Assembly (NCBI GenBank): GCA_032718475.1
Contig: JAUCBJ010005021.1
Location: 16,451-80,450 of the forward strand
Reading direction: 5' to 3'
Source of the DNA: Nemertoderma westbladi
Lineage: Eukaryota; Animalia; Xenacoelomorpha
DNA: 64,000 nucleotides
Shown here: piece by piece, positions 52,422 to 63,565 of the stretch
How the letters are laid out: each line of letters opens with the position of its first letter
How positions within the stretch are numbered: position 1 is the first letter of the stretch
Notes under the pieces: generated by a model
Databases searched by the model: none
Seen by the model: only the letters and a program-made list of their open reading frames with translations
What the model was told of the DNA's origin: nothing
Translations under genes and position numbers: made by a program

Positions 52422-52775
52422 CCGGTCAGCCGCTAGGCCTACCAGTACCGTATTTAAATGGTAGGCTACACAGTAGGCCTACAGCAGTACCGGTGCCGGT
52501 TCCGGTACCGGTACTATAATACCTAAAATACCTACATAGCTTTATACCTACATCTGTGCATGCAATACTGCAAAATAGTGCTCTATAAACTAATACCGGT
52601 AGGCCTACTGATAGCCTGAGAGAACAGCAGTAGAGAAACCGGTAGCATGGAACCTAACGGTAAATTTCTGGAGGACATAAAAAGTAAAAAAAAACTAATA
52701 CTGTAATACCGGTACTGATAGCCTGACAGAACAGCAGTAGAGAAACCGGTAGCATGGAACCTATCAGCCTATCGG

Positions 52776-55619
52776 CCCTATTGAAAAGTTTTACATGTAC
52801 GCCGAGCACGTTCGGCGCAGCACTAGAACTTGCGCCGGGAGCTGGCGCAGAAATGTGCTACGCCGGGCAATGAGCCAGAAGGGTCGGCGCAGAGATGTGC
52901 TACGCCGGCGTAGCCGGCGGAGCACTGGCAATGGTAGAGATGCTGCGCTCGGCGCAGCAGGCGTCGAAATATTCCCGGCGTCAACGCTGCAGAAATTGAC
53001 CCAGAGCAGGAATCAGCCCAGCACACCCGGCGTATACATATTTGCCTGGCGCAGAAATCAGCCGAACCTAGCACCAGGCAGACAGTGAGACTGAGACAGC
53101 AGACATGCGTTCATCAGACCAACAGCACAGCAACACAATAACAACTGGTCATGCAGGAGGCAGAAAGGAAACTCACACTGCAGCACTGGCTGACTGCAAC
53201 TGGTCATTTATTTATGTATTTAACCTTATGCTGTTATGCAGTAGGCAGGTAGGCTATCACAGTTCCAGCTATCAGCTGATCAGTCATTATTGCTATTGGT
53301 CATAGTCAGTTTATTTATTTACATAATATTGCTGTATTGTCTGATTGTATAAGCTATATTTATATTATTTTATATTATTTGGATGGAGACACCGCTGTCA
53401 TAGAAGCGTATAAATAAAACTGCACATATAATAAAACAGGCGGACAGAATGAAGTTGAACAGTGAATAAAACAAAACGACTTATACTATGGCACTATCAG
53501 ACTATTGATAATGAAACAATTTATTACCGACACACATGTGTAACCATTGGAAATTGCAGTTCAATGACTCCAAGTACTGAAGTACAAGGTCATGCATACA
53601 TCTATGTTCTAGAAATCCCCAAGCAACGTTTTACACAATGAATGGACGGTCACTTTTATCGGCAACCGAGGAACGTGATTTTGGAATTACATTGTCCTTT
53701 AGACTTGTCCTTCACAGCATCACTGCACAAAGACTGCAACCCGCGCCATGCTAGTCGTACATTTAATACGAAGAACTTTTACATATTTGGAAGCTCCGAT
53801 GATTACCCTCTGACCCTGTTATACAAATCCCTTGTTCGGCCTCTCCTTGAATACGACACAGTTGTTTGTTCGCCATTCCTCCGACATGATAAATATTGAA
53901 CGTCTTGAACAAGTACAACACCGTGTGGTCACTCGCCTTGTACAGTTGTACTATCGCTGGCTGAGTTGTCATATGAAAACCGACTACGTGCACTCAAACT
54001 ACCGACATTAATATATCGCCGTGTACTAGCCGACCTTATAACAATATACAAGTTTATCAACGGTATTGACAAATTTGAGCAAAGTAATTTCTTCCAGTTT
54101 CGTTCCTAACTCCACCAATGCTAACACGCAACAACTTTGCAGACAACGTTGCAAACATTTGGAATCCTTTACCATTACCGGAAAATGTTGTTAATGCACG
54201 TAATACCCTTGGTACTCCATGATTGAGCATATTGAAAAATAGACTAGACTGCGAAATGTCCTTTAAAATGAATATATAGTGATACTCCTCTCCTGTGCGC
54301 CAAGTGGCAGTAGCGAAAGCGATATCTTTCGGATACAACGATATCTTTATTAAAATCTAGCTACAGTACCTATTATTTTCATTTTTTCAATCCCAATAAA
54401 CTTTTTTTTGTGTTAAATTTTAAAATAGTGATTTTTTATGTTTAATTGTTTTCCGATCTTTTGTAGTTACTTTACTTTGCGCGTTTTATTTCAGCAGTAA
54501 TATTTTACTTATGCGACATAATGTACCTACGGTACCAAATTTATGTTCCGTATAACTACGTATTGTTGTGTTGTATCCTATAGAGTATTGTAAACTTGTC
54601 CTTATTAATATGTTTGCCTTTGGTACTGTATGTTGTTGAAGCCCTTGAACCTAAGTATGCTTTGCCGGTTTTTAATTTAATTTTTCTGTAATTAAATTTT
54701 TTTTTAATAATTAATATGCACCAACTGTAAGTACTGTAAATAAACTATAATTTTTATTATTTTACTAATTTTACCTGAATACATCCGTATTTTTCTTACA
54801 ATAGTACATACGCTTATTAGCGTACTTTACCAGATATGTGTTCATTTTATTTTAATCTACTGTACATGTACGTACATGTGCAAAAATTAATATTTTATTG
54901 TTATTCTGGCGATATTAATAAACATAACATACAGCTAGTCATTATTCATTCAGACATACCGTATCTGTAGCATAGACATAGGACCACAGTACGTAGTATG
55001 TAATAAAGTAGAACGTAGTACATAAATACAAGGACTAGGCCTACTGATGTAGTCTTTAATATTCTTTCTATAATTCATATTGTAACATTTGAGTAATTTT
55101 TAAAAAATGTACACTTTACTTGACAACAAAAATTTACATGTAGTGTTTCTTAAGTAGTTGTTTCGTAATGTTACACTTTTGGAATAAAACAACGTACCTA
55201 CTGTACTTGTTGCACTTGTCTTTATTAAGGTTTTCCATCTCTGTATCCTTATTTTCATTTCACCCACCCACAACTTTCGTTCGTTTAAGTAACAACTCGG
55301 ATTAGTGCAGCTGCAGTATTATAGACAGATAGATAACCGAATAAACTACAGGTACTGTACAGTATAACAGGCAGATTTTATGTTTTATACCAGTCAGCCC
55401 GGAGCAGCTTTGAAGAGCCGGTGGAAGATTTTTCACCCGGCGCAGCATTTTGCATTGCACAGAGCCGGCGCAGGATTTTTGCACCTGGCTGCCTGGCGTG
55501 GTTTTACACAGAGCCGGCGCATGATTTTTTGCACCCGGCGTGGTTTTGCTCAGAGCCGGCGCAGGATTTTTGGCACCCGGCGCCGCGTTCGGCGCAGAAA
55601 ATAAAACTTTTCAATAGGG
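52776..55619. mobile_element. Non-autonomous DNA transposon with 18-bp TIRs and 8-bp TSD; superfamily unassigned
   Basis: CCCTATTGAAAAGTTTTA / TAAAACTTTTCAATAGGG. TSD CCTATCGG (52768-75, 55620-27). GC-rich GCCGGCGCAG subterminal repeats at both ends. Confidence 0.9.
53545..54240 (+). pseudogene. Degraded CR1/L2-type LINE RT C-terminal fragment nested in the DNA transposon
   Basis: WKLQFN, KVMH, EERDFG, LYKSLVRPLLEY, LEQVQ, YRR..ADL motifs, with frameshifts. Confidence 0.75.
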
Positions 55620-56039
55620 CCTATCGGTAGATTTCTGGAGGACATAAAAAGTCAAAAAAAAGGACAAAAAAAGGATTTAAACGGACAATAAAAATTATTG
55701 CGAATGATTTGAATCTGAGACCAGTTGAAATTCGAAAAAAAAAATTTTTTTAACACTCTCACTCTACAGCTCTACTGCACCGGTACCGGTCAAAATTCGC
55801 GAAGCGGTCGATTCCTAGTAGGAGAAGGCGCCACTGGCAGACTAGCTGACTGGTACGGAACGGATGCAGGTCAAGGTCACCTGTTACCGGTGCGGTGCCG
55901 GTACGATTGACGATGCAGTAGACCTAGTCTGCTAGTGTATATTTCTGGAATTATCCTGAGAAAAACTATATTTCTGTATTTAGAGGGTAGGCAGGTAGGT
56001 AACTATAACCGATAAACTTACCCTGCCCTGACGGGTATC

Positions 56040-59000
56040 ATGGCTACCATGCTAAAGAGAAAAGGTATTTCGATTAATTCCAAAAAACGCCGTGCAGTTA
56101 TTGCGAAGAAAAGGAAAATATCGAAAATGTCACACCAACCGGAATCCACTGAGAGTTCGTTATTTCTGGTTGATGAAGATTCAATTGAATCGAGTCTATT
56201 CGAACTCAAAGCGAATGAGCTCATTACGGAGGTAGTCCCTTCAGATAACCAAACGGAGGAAATAGGGAAAATGATTAAAAAAATAGAACTTTGTTTACAA
56301 AACATTCCCGTCATAGAAAAATCAGACTTATCAGCCTACGAATCGTTTCTACCGGACACAACTAAACCCCCGTTCTCCATGGAACCAGCCAATGAATCAA
56401 CCTGGTTTATTTTCCAACCTCCTATCCAGGTAACTCAGTTCGGTAGCTTCCCTCTTCGTCTCTCTATAAAACCGACCCAAGTAGATCTCATGTTGACATT
56501 ACCACACAAATTGTTTCAAAAATCCGACATTAATAACTTTAGATATTTTAGAAAACGGGCGGTTTATCTGACGGTAATCGCCTTTCACTTGAAACAAAGT
56601 CGTTTATTCAATTCGGTCAACTTCTCTTGGCACCACGGAAACCGACTGAAACCGATTCTAGTCTGTACCGCCGCGGACTATTCCGTAATTATACACGCAC
56701 GGCCGCCCCCTGGCCATCACATACGGGAGAGCAGACTGCCGCCAAGTAGATGCAACGTGTCTGCTTGCTGGGCCGGGGTCACTGCAGACACCCCCGGGAG
56801 CCCAGGGGAGAACCCACAAACACCTCGTTACAACGCGGCGATCCTACGGGATCTACTCGCTCCCAGCGTCCCTGTCTCTATAGCGACCGCAGCATCCCGT
56901 TGCGTCGTCTTACTCAAGGTCTGGCTTCGACAACGCCGATTACAATCCAGCTTCTCCGGATTCTCAATATCGATGTTTGTAGTTTATCTTTTCAAAATTA
57001 AACTGTTAAACCCCTCGATGGGATTGCAGATAATGTTTGGGCGGGTTCTAGAGTCTCTTATAGAAATCGACTTCTATAGTGGAATATCATTGGGACTCAC
57101 CTCAGACGCCCTCCCCAGCGTAGAGGACCACAAACTAGTGTCCCAAGTGGTATTCCTAGATGAGACCGGATACATTAATTACCTTAGTGACGTCACCAAA
57201 CAACAACTGGAGTTGTTACGTCACGAGGCCGCGGTTTCTTTATCTTCTATGCGCGACGTGGCTGTTGATTCCTTCCGAACGCTGTTTCTCTCTCCGCTCC
57301 TCGATTATTGTCGATTCGATGACGTCATACACATGACGGAAGTGACGTCATTGCGTCGTTGGGATACCGAGGGCTGCGGCGACGCTGTGCGGCGGTTCGT
57401 AGCGGAACTGATTATAGATGCGTTGGGCGACCGGTTGATGGCGATGGACGTTTGGGAGACCGAACCCGATGGGTTGGCCGTCGGGTTGGTGTTCAACCCG
57501 TCGGAGGCCGATCGGCCTATCGATATAGGGCCGGCGGCCGACGCCCCGGGAGCCGAGGAATTCCGTCGCTTTTGGGGCGACAAGGCCGAGTTGCGGCGGT
57601 TCGCCGATGGGGGCGTGCGCGAGGCGGTTCTCTGGACGTCGGACGTCGAGCCCAACCTCGTACCCAGTCGTATCGCTCGCTACGCTCTCCGCCTCCACGG
57701 AGGGGCGGCCCCGCGATCTACGTTCAGCCGTTGCGGCGTTCTCTCCGCGGTTCTACCTCCCGCCGACTCGCGTCTCCTCGAGTCCTTCAACCTATTGGAT
57801 TCCCGGATCCGCGGATTGGATTTACCGTTGCGAGTCGTCGCGGTGAGGCCCACGGGCGCCGCGCTGAGGGGCACTGCCCCGACGCCCCCGTTACCGCGGG
57901 AAGGGCGAGGCGGGCGCCGCCCCGGGGCGGTGCGGGTACCGAGGTGGGCGACCGGGGCGCTATCAGCCCCCTGGTGTCCCTCCCAACCCGTCGTCTGCTC
58001 GCTGCAATCCAGCGGCCAGTGGCCCGACTCGTCTCCCGCCGTCCTACGCGTAAAGGCAGCGCTCTACGCGCGACTGGGCGCCGCCCTGGGCACCGCGCCC
58101 CTGTGCAGCGCCCCCCTCCCCGACTGCCTCCGGGTCTACCAGGACGGATTCCTCTTCCGGGTAACCGTCTCCAACCCTACCGATAAGCTGTCCCGGACAC
58201 CCCGGACACTCCTCCCGGAACTCTCCACACGTCTACACGCTCTCGGCCCCGTCTACGCGACCTCCGCTCGCCTCGCGGCCCGCTGGTTGTCATGCCAACT
58301 AGTACCCACCGTTCCCGCGGTGGTCGACCTGCTAGCGGCGACCCCCTACCTACATCCGTGGCCCTACCGGACCCCCGGCACCCCATTGGCCGGTTTCCTT
58401 AGATTCCTACACCTTTTAGCCAATCACGAGTGGCTGAAGGAGCCGCTTATAGTTAATTTCAACGCGGAATTAACTTCCGAAGAAATTAATACAGCGGTGC
58501 AGCGCGTTTACGCAGCTCGTGACGAGTTCCCCCCGCTCGTTGTTATATCCCCGTGTGACGTCACTGGCGCGGTGCTAACTCGTGATTGGCCAGACAGACT
58601 GATTCTGCAGAGGATTGTCTCTCTATCTCGGGTTGCTTTCGAGACATTGTCGCGGCAATTAGGGGACCCGAGCGTTCGGGGTGTCAGCGAGTTTAAGAGA
58701 ATCTTTCGGCCGGATTACTCGATGTACGACGCGCTGGTATGGTTGAACTCGTCGGGTTTGGTGCGCGGTAGGGAGGCGTTGGATCGAGTGCGACGCCCCC
58801 TTCCGGCCCCCCCAGGGAGTCCCCTTCCCGCCCTCCGGGGGTCTACCGGACTACCCGTTATCGATTTCGATCCGCTCCAACTTTTCCTGAGCGACTTACG
58901 TTCGACGTTTTCCGACGTCGCTAAGTTCTTCGCAGATCTCCACGGCGGGCGGGTTGTTGGGGTGGTTTGGTTACCCGAGTTCCGGGACCGCTGCAACGTG

Positions 59001-59126
59001 TCACCCCCCTTCGCAGTTGGTGACCTCGCTACAGGCGGTTGTTATGGTAATATTGATTCTGTTGTTGAAGATTTTAAGATATTAGGCAACGGAATCGTTG
59101 ATAGGGTGGAATTAAATAAGTGTTAA
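56040..59126 (+). CDS. NOL6: Nucleolar protein 6 (Nrap/Utp22 family), single exon, 1028 aa
   Basis: Basic N-terminus; GSF...VDLMLTLP..LFQKSDINNFRYFRKRAVYL; TPRYNAAIL; LLKVWLRQR; FRRFWGDKAELRRFADGGVREAVLW; SGQWPD; GFLRFLHLLANHEW..EPLIVNFN; LPVIDFDP. These are Nrap-family motifs across one uninterrupted ORF. Confidence 0.93.
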   Translation: MATMLKRKGISINSKKRRAVIAKKRKISKMSHQPESTESSLFLVDEDSIESSLFELKANELITEVVPSDNQTEEIGKMIKKIELCLQNIPVIEKSDLSAYESFLPDTTKPPFSMEPANESTWFIFQPPIQVTQFGSFPLRLSIKPTQVDLMLTLPHKLFQKSDINNFRYFRKRAVYLTVIAFHLKQSRLFNSVNFSWHHGNRLKPILVCTAADYSVIIHARPPPGHHIRESRLPPSRCNVSACWAGVTADTPGSPGENPQTPRYNAAILRDLLAPSVPVSIATAASRCVVLLKVWLRQRRLQSSFSGFSISMFVVYLFKIKLLNPSMGLQIMFGRVLESLIEIDFYSGISLGLTSDALPSVEDHKLVSQVVFLDETGYINYLSDVTKQQLELLRHEAAVSLSSMRDVAVDSFRTLFLSPLLDYCRFDDVIHMTEVTSLRRWDTEGCGDAVRRFVAELIIDALGDRLMAMDVWETEPDGLAVGLVFNPSEADRPIDIGPAADAPGAEEFRRFWGDKAELRRFADGGVREAVLWTSDVEPNLVPSRIARYALRLHGGAAPRSTFSRCGVLSAVLPPADSRLLESFNLLDSRIRGLDLPLRVVAVRPTGAALRGTAPTPPLPREGRGGRRPGAVRVPRWATGALSAPWCPSQPVVCSLQSSGQWPDSSPAVLRVKAALYARLGAALGTAPLCSAPLPDCLRVYQDGFLFRVTVSNPTDKLSRTPRTLLPELSTRLHALGPVYATSARLAARWLSCQLVPTVPAVVDLLAATPYLHPWPYRTPGTPLAGFLRFLHLLANHEWLKEPLIVNFNAELTSEEINTAVQRVYAARDEFPPLVVISPCDVTGAVLTRDWPDRLILQRIVSLSRVAFETLSRQLGDPSVRGVSEFKRIFRPDYSMYDALVWLNSSGLVRGREALDRVRRPLPAPPGSPLPALRGSTGLPVIDFDPLQLFLSDLRSTFSDVAKFFADLHGGRVVGVVWLPEFRDRCNVSPPFAVGDLATGGCYGNIDSVVEDFKILGNGIVDRVELNKC

Positions 59127-59624
59127 TTGATTAATTAATTAGGAAGAAAAATCGTCTATAATTATGATTAACGCTAATTTGTTGGATTATTAAACGCGAT
59201 CGCTGGTTTATATTTGTTTTCAATTTGAGTAAGTAATTTAGGACCCCATTGAGTCGGAGTAATATTTATTAATTAAACTTATTAATTTGACTAATGTTCC
59301 ATTTTATGAGCGCATTACACTGATCGTGGGATTATCACTTTCAATTTTATATCTCAAACCAGTGAAAATTAGTATTTTTAGTATTTTTAGTAACTAAGAT
59401 TATAACAATAGCAACGTACTTATGGATGCTTTTTGCTACGGTAGGCAGTCCGCACACGGTTTCCCATTTACATTTCTTATCAAAAAAAGAATCATTTTTT
59501 TGTATCAAAAAATAATCCTTTTTTTAGAAACATGTCGAAAACATCAAGCTGACAAAAAATCTGAAATGTTAGAGGTTCCACAGCACGAGTAGAAGCATTG
59601 ATGCTGAGAATCAGTTGGAGATTT

Positions 59625-61015
59625 TATTTCAGATGTTAATATTTAGGTTTGGAGGAATCTAGACTCCCTTTAAATCTGTCTGTATGTCTTTCGGTCTGTC
59701 AAAAAATAAGGAAGCATACCACAAATGTAAAATTCTCCCAATAAGGGACAATACGATACGATGCGAAAACGGATTTTCGTATTCGTACCATAAAAATTAA
59801 CTTCGTATCGTATAATACGAATAAATATTTTTCGTATTTTCGTATCTTATTATTTTGTAAATATTAATGTTTTTAACAGTCAAACCAAAGAACAACACTC
59901 ACTTATTTATTTACATATATTCACGCAAAATTGGTGTATAAATTATTGTAGATTACAGCATACAGTTTTATTATGTCAATAAAACGTGTAAGACAGGATA
60001 ATCGTTAATCAGATTGTAATTAACTGTAGAATAATGATAAAAATACCACTGAAATATAATCTAATTACAGTTTAAATAAAGTTTTTAGGATAACTAATCG
60101 CGCCTACAAAAGATATTGATGTTATGATAAACTACAAGGCATTAGTGAGAAATTGAAAAGTGAAAAATTGAAATTTTGAATTTTATTCCATATTGGTACA
60201 TCAAATTTATTGCATAAATAACGGTAGTATGTAAGCCTAGGTAGGTGGTACATCAATACTGTATGCATAGCATAAAGTGGCATGGTAAAATAAAAATATG
60301 TTAACGCCTACTATTGGGTCGTGTTGCACAACGTCCATATGGATGTTGTAGCCAGAAACATTGAAATAATAAATATTTGCCTATTATATAGAGATTTATA
60401 TGATTTTCTAAGTGTAAGTAATACTAAATACAATCCATATATTTTATAAATTCTTAGGTAAAATACGATACGAAAAAAATACGAAACTTTTTTCGTATCG
60501 TATCGAATTTCTCAAAATTGCATTTGTATCGTATCGTATCATGAAAAATTGGTTCGTATCGTATCGTATTATCGTATCGTATCCTGTCCCTGCTCCCAAT
60601 ATGGGCTTTTGGGGTCGGTGATTCCATTTCAGATGTTAATATTCCGGTTTGGAGGAATCTAGACTGCCTTTAAATCTTTCTGTATGTCTGTCGGTCTTTC
60701 TGTCCGCCTGTCTGTCAAAAAATAAGGTAGCATACCACAAAGTAAAGTTATCGCTATATGTGTTTTTATGGTCGGTGCTTTCATTTCTGATGTTAATGCA
60801 GTATGTGTATTCACGGTTGATGAAATCTAGACTACCTTTGTTCTACTGACAGATATACAGACAGACAAACGGACAGACAGACAATTTAAATGACATTTAA
60901 TGTAAAAACGGACATCAGAAATGAAATCTCTGACTAAGAAACCCCCTATACCGAAAATTATAATTAGGTACTGGCCTTTCTTATTTTTTTGACGGACAGA
61001 AAAACCGACAGATAC
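59625..61015. repeat. ~150-bp repeats with (GTCT/ACAG)n microsatellite, possibly a Helitron/Helentron-type remnant, interrupted by the hAT-like MITE
   Basis: ATTTCAGATGTTAATAT...GGAGGAATCTAGACT...GCATACCACAAA at ~59627 and ~60626, partial copy at ~60783, partly inverted segment at 60850-61015. Confidence 0.45.
59743..60592. mobile_element. hAT-like MITE
   Basis: Ends (A)AGGGACA / TGTCCCTG, inverted subterminal TACGA repeats, 8-bp TSD CTCCCAAT (59735-42, 60593-600). Confidence 0.85.
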
Positions 61016-61058
61016 TTACACTGCCATACAGACAACTACTGGTGGTGCCATATTTTAA

Positions 61059-62488
61059 CCCTATTACCACTGGGGGGGGGGCCGAATCGGCCCCTTCCTA
61101 GTTTTTAGTTGCTGTAACTATGCAACCACATTACGTACCGGCCTAATTTTTTGTGAGAATTAGCCAAATTTAATGCCGCATCTTTTGCAAAAAACGACGT
61201 TGCAATTGGATTTCTACTTTTCGATGTGGGTGCCACCTCAAAATTTGGTCTCCAGCACCAAATTTTTTGAAATTTTCGAATTTTACAAAGTCATTCGTGA
61301 TTTAGTAATCATTTATGTTTGGGCTATTTTTATTTATTTTTATTGGTTTGGATCACTCTAATGCTCTATACATGTATGTAAGTGTAGTGGTACGTCATTT
61401 TTGGAGCACCAAAATTAGGGCGTGGCACTTCAAATTTTGAAAAATACGAGATTCGGAAAATACACTAAAGTTTTGATTTGCAAAGCATTTTTATAGGTTT
61501 TCTGGAGCGCTGAATCGATTGAAAGTAATATAGAAGCCTGAGGGCTTAGTGGTTCGCCATTTTTGGTGCACCAAAATTAGGGCGTGGCACTTCAAATTTT
61601 GAAAAATACAAGATTCGGAAAATTCACTAAAGTTTTGATTTCAAATTAATTTTATAGGTTTTCTGGAGCGCTGAATCGATTGAAAGTAATATAGAAGCCT
61701 CAAATCCTTTGTGTACGAAATTTTCGGTGCACCAAAATTAGGGCGTGGCACTTCAAATTTTCAAAATTACTTTATTCGGAAAAAAACACTAAAGTTTTGA
61801 TTTCAAAAAATGGCTAACTTCTAAGTCTTCAGGCTTCTATATTACTTTCAATCGATTCAGCGGTCTGGAAAACCTATATAAATTCGTTAAAATTTCAATT
61901 TTGGTTTATTTTCCGAATCTCGTATTTTTCAAAATTTGAAGTGCCACGCCCTAATTTTGGTGCACCAAAAATGGCGAACCACTCAGTCTTCAGGCTTCTA
62001 TATTACTTTCAATCGATTCAGCGGCCCAGAAAACCCATAAAGATGCGTTGAAATAAAAAAATTAGGGGCATTTTCTGAATATCTAATTTTTCAAAATTTG
62101 AAGTGCCACGCCCACTTCTTAGGTGCACGAAAAATAGCATCCACTTCAATTTTTGGAAGTGGAATATAATCACATTCGATTCAGCGTCTTGAAAAACCTA
62201 CTAAATCTAGCCAACACTGCCACACTATTAGTTTTTAGAAAACGAAAAATTTTGTAATTTTGTCCTGGGACTACTTTTATTTTTCATCAAAATTATGAGT
62301 CCCTGCTTATGAAATTTTAACTTTTTAAGGTTTGGTAGTGTTCATCTATAGTTGTTTCACCAACAGCCCAAATTTTGTAGGATTTCATTGGACGACTACA
62401 AAAATATAGTGGGTGGGCCGAATCGCCCCCCCCCCCCCCCCCCCCCCCCAGTGGTGCTAATGGTCAAAACACCCCAGTGGTAATAGGG
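61059..62488. mobile_element. piggyBac-like non-autonomous element with internal ~162-bp repeats arranged as a foldback
   Basis: Perfect 17-bp TIR CCCTATTACCACTGGGG; TTAA at 61055-58 and 62489-92. Repeat units at 61406, 61568 and 61729, with inverted copies at ~61820-62200. Confidence 0.92.
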
Positions 62489-63259
62489 TTAAAGGTTTCG
62501 ATTTCTGTAATCTACGAAACATTTTGACCTTGATTTAATAAAAAAAATTTGATAAAAAAGTTTTTTCGTAAAAATTTGCAGGGTACCATGTCCCCTTAAG
62601 TCAATTTAGCCATTTGCAGTCCAGTAAATGATATAGGTAACGTACAGTAGTACAGTATGATTTACTGAAGGTGTTTTTTTTTTAAATAACAACTTTTTTG
62701 AAAAGGTTTAATTTGCCATAGATAGATGGTACTGATCGATTTTTTTCATAAGTTTGTTCGCGAGATACTAATTGGTATACCCCTATGAATTTTAGCCCGA
62801 AAAATAAACAGATCCAGAAAAATTTTCAAAAATGTATAGCCTCATTTTCATTTTTATCGGTTGATACCCATTTAATAATGCGAAAAATAAAGTTGAATTT
62901 CTGTTATAATTAGTCAATCTTTTAAGATTAATTTCTTAATAACCTATTTAGCTGTTGCCTCGATTGCAGTATACCAAAATGTAGATTTTTTTATGTAGAA
63001 TTCAAAGATACGTATCAGAGTCACCCCTGAGTAAACTGTAGTGAGTACAATATGGATACCAAAGTATCAAAGTAGCCCCAATAGATGGGGCGAGGTCGAT
63101 AATCATTTGGAGGGGAATATCTCAGAAGCAATAACCTCAATGGTTTCGTTCCTAATATAAATGTAGCCAAATAGCCATTTGGTAATCCTTTGGCCATTCC
63201 AAGGTGTTAATGTTATGGCAACGCAATTAAAATTACGAAAGAACGCAAAAAACTATCGA

Positions 63260-63565
63260 AGTCACCCCGGTTGACGGTAAACAATCTTACACTCACACAT
63301 AAAACGATTAGTCCTAAAGTACAGCCACACTAACTCCCAAGGGTTAACACTATCCAACCCTTTCTTTACTCCCCCAGCAGAACCCAGGTTCCCATTTATT
63401 GTACCGCTTGTTTGTGTGAGCACTCATGTACAACGTGTTTTAGGGTAAAGGGGTTAAAGAAAGGACTATAGTATACATTTTTACAGCCTTTAGTTGGATT
63501 TGAACCTGCGCCGCCTAACACGATTGTGAAGCAGATCAGGCGCTGTATCCACTCGGGATACTGCG
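63260..63565 (-). mobile_element. tRNA-derived SINE
   Basis: Minus strand has A-box-like TCCCGAGTGG and B box GGTTCAAATCC, then TAAATGGGAACC...TGCTGGGGG resembling conserved central SINE domains. 3' limit approximate. Confidence 0.5.

Noticed and set aside
56010-56314. Minus-strand ORF and GG|GTAAGT donor near the NOL6 start, suggesting a divergent gene
   Set aside because: The ORF is antisense to NOL6, and a lone donor motif without downstream exons is insufficient.
57305-58996. Alternative-frame and antisense ORFs within NOL6
   Set aside because: Expected from stop-codon scarcity in GC-rich coding DNA.
1523-62449. Scattered poly-G/poly-C tracts as a functional G-quadruplex system
   Set aside because: Several sit inside MITE arms, and homopolymer length is error-prone.
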